Source of the DNA: Octopus sinensis
Lineage: Eukaryota
Assembly: GCF_006345805.1 (NCBI RefSeq)
Contig: NW_021829063.1
Span: 1 to 7,065, forward strand
Length of the DNA: 7,065 bases
Direction: 5' to 3'
Part shown: in pieces, positions 5,658 through 7,065 of the stretch
Layout: every line of letters starts with the position of its first letter
Numbering within the stretch: the stretch's first letter is position 1
Notes under the pieces: generated by a model
What the model saw: only the letters and a program-made list of their open reading frames with translations
Told to the model about the DNA's origin: nothing
The model's database searches: none
Position numbers and translations under genes: made by a program

Positions 5658-6196
5658 TTAACGTCCGCTTTCCATGCTAGCATGGGTTGGACGATTTTGA
5701 CTGAGGGCTGGCGAACCAGATGGCTGCACCAGGCTCCAGTCTTGATTTGGCTGAGTTTCTACAGCTGGATGCCCTTCCTAACGCCAACCACTCCGAGAGT
5801 GTAGTGGGTGCTTTTACGTTCCACAGGCACGGGGGCCACTCAGGCGGTACTGGCAATGACCTCGCTCGAATCCTTTTATACATGCTACCAGCACAGGTGC
5901 TAGAAAGCGGATGGTGCTCTTGGCACCCTACTACCACGGCACAAGTGCCAGGAAGGCGACGCTGGTAACGATCACGCTCGAATGGTGCCCTTTAAGTGCC
6001 ACTGGCACGGAAGTCGGTTAGCTGCTGTCAATAATCACGTTCGTATGGTGCTCTTTGCACCCTGCTAGCACGGACGCCAGTCATCGAATTTGATTTTGCT
6101 TTTGATTGGTTGATTGATTTCACTTGCCTCAACAGGTCTTCGCAAGCAGAGTTTTAGTGTCCATAGGAGGAAAAGGTACGCATAAGTGGGATGGTT
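5626..6196 (-). mobile_element. Non-autonomous non-LTR retroelement with 3' (ATG)10 tail and internal degenerate tandem repeats, probably LINE (RTE-like)-mobilised
   Basis: (CAT)10 at 5628-5657 is the tail on the minus strand. GTTGGCGTTAGGAAGGGCATCCAGCTGTAGAAAC motif at 5788-5755. Recurrent subunit motifs GGTGCYYTT (5808, 5913, 5984, 6047) and CGYTCGWAT. (TA)n on both flanks. RTE partnership is inferred from the short-repeat tail only. Confidence 0.65.
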
Positions 6197-6210
6197 ATAT
6201 ATATATATAT

Positions 6211-6291
<81 letters not shown>

Positions 6292-6303
6292 GAGAGAGAG
6301 AGA
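6197..6303. repeat. (AT)n followed by (AG)n microsatellite
   Basis: Direct reading. Confidence 0.95.
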
Positions 6304-6569
6304 AAGCAAGGGAGGAGGAAGGAAGAAACAGATACACGCATATATTCAATATAAACGCGATTGAGGATGTTAGTTGTATTATATGATAGTGGTTAGCAAC
6401 GTTTTACTGATGCCTTGTACCAATGTGGAAGTTACTGGTAAACAATTTGATGACATAAACAACGAACACTGGAACAGCTTTATCTCATTAAGGTAAACTT
6501 TACTTCATCTCTTCAGACTGTTTCATCCTTACTGTGAAGCTGAAACTTCTCAACTTTCTTAAACATTTA

Positions 6570-6693
6570 TATACATACTGACATACATATCTACATACAT
6601 ATAGATACATACATACATACTTACATACATAACATACATACATACATACATACATACATACATACATACATACATACAGACAGACAGACAGAC

Positions 6694-6729
<36 letters not shown>

Positions 6730-6785
6730 TGACGAACGGGCAGAGACACGGACGGAGGAATAGACAGGAAAGACACACGGACAGC
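6570..6785. repeat. Compound tetranucleotide microsatellite (TACA)n then (GACA)n
   Basis: Direct reading. Confidence 0.9.
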
Positions 6786-6887
6786 AAGCTAAGAGAGGAG
6801 GTAGGGAGAAAGTTAATAGTGTGAGTTGGTTTTGATGTTGATTCTTTTCAAATTATTGCTTACGGCAACTTTTCCTTGCAGGTGAAG

Positions 6888-6923
6888 TACATACATACAT
6901 ATATACATACATACATACATACA

Positions 6924-6957
<34 letters not shown>

Positions 6958-7065
6958 CATACATGCATACATACGTACGTACATATATACATACATGCAT
7001 ACATACGTACGTACATACATACGTACGTAAATACATACATACATACATACCTATATACACAATAC
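6888..7065. repeat. (TACA)n tetranucleotide microsatellite with TACG variants
   Basis: Direct reading; runs to the window end. Confidence 0.95.

Noticed and set aside
5677-5968. Overlapping 86-aa and 82-aa ORFs
   Set aside because: Inside a GC-richer non-autonomous repeat; no domain similarity recognised.
6500-6570. Minus-strand terminal exon KVEKFQLHSKDETV* (PDZ-ligand-like end)
   Set aside because: Acceptor lacks a pyrimidine tract (sits in a TATG repeat) and a 14-aa peptide is not evidence.
6065-7060. ORFs rich in SL, ER, YVCM repeats (also 3008-3238, 3522-3719, 4066-4263)
   Set aside because: Microsatellite or SINE translations.

Overview
Non-coding, AT-rich, microsatellite-dense animal DNA. 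The SINE families suggest an octopus/coleoid cephalopod (inference from my recall of OK/OR-type SINEs; not database-checked). No host protein-coding gene is supported. Contents: five tRNA-derived SINE copies from three families, a decayed Penelope-like element (PLE) with RT-thumb and GIY-YIG remnants (1861-~2930), an (ATG)n-tailed non-autonomous retroelement (5626-6196, minus), an 86-bp fold-back hairpin (4324-4409) and many microsatellites. The main result is a young, ORF-less element at 4809-5617 made of a 360-bp unit in partial tandem plus head-to-head inverted arrangement. Each unit carries a minimal type I hammerhead ribozyme (non-canonical U3-A8 core, palindromic ACGCGT helix III) on a long rod-like helix I, and a second, imperfect hammerhead. 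This matches a PLE pseudo-LTR-derived or retrozyme-like self-cleaving RNA element.
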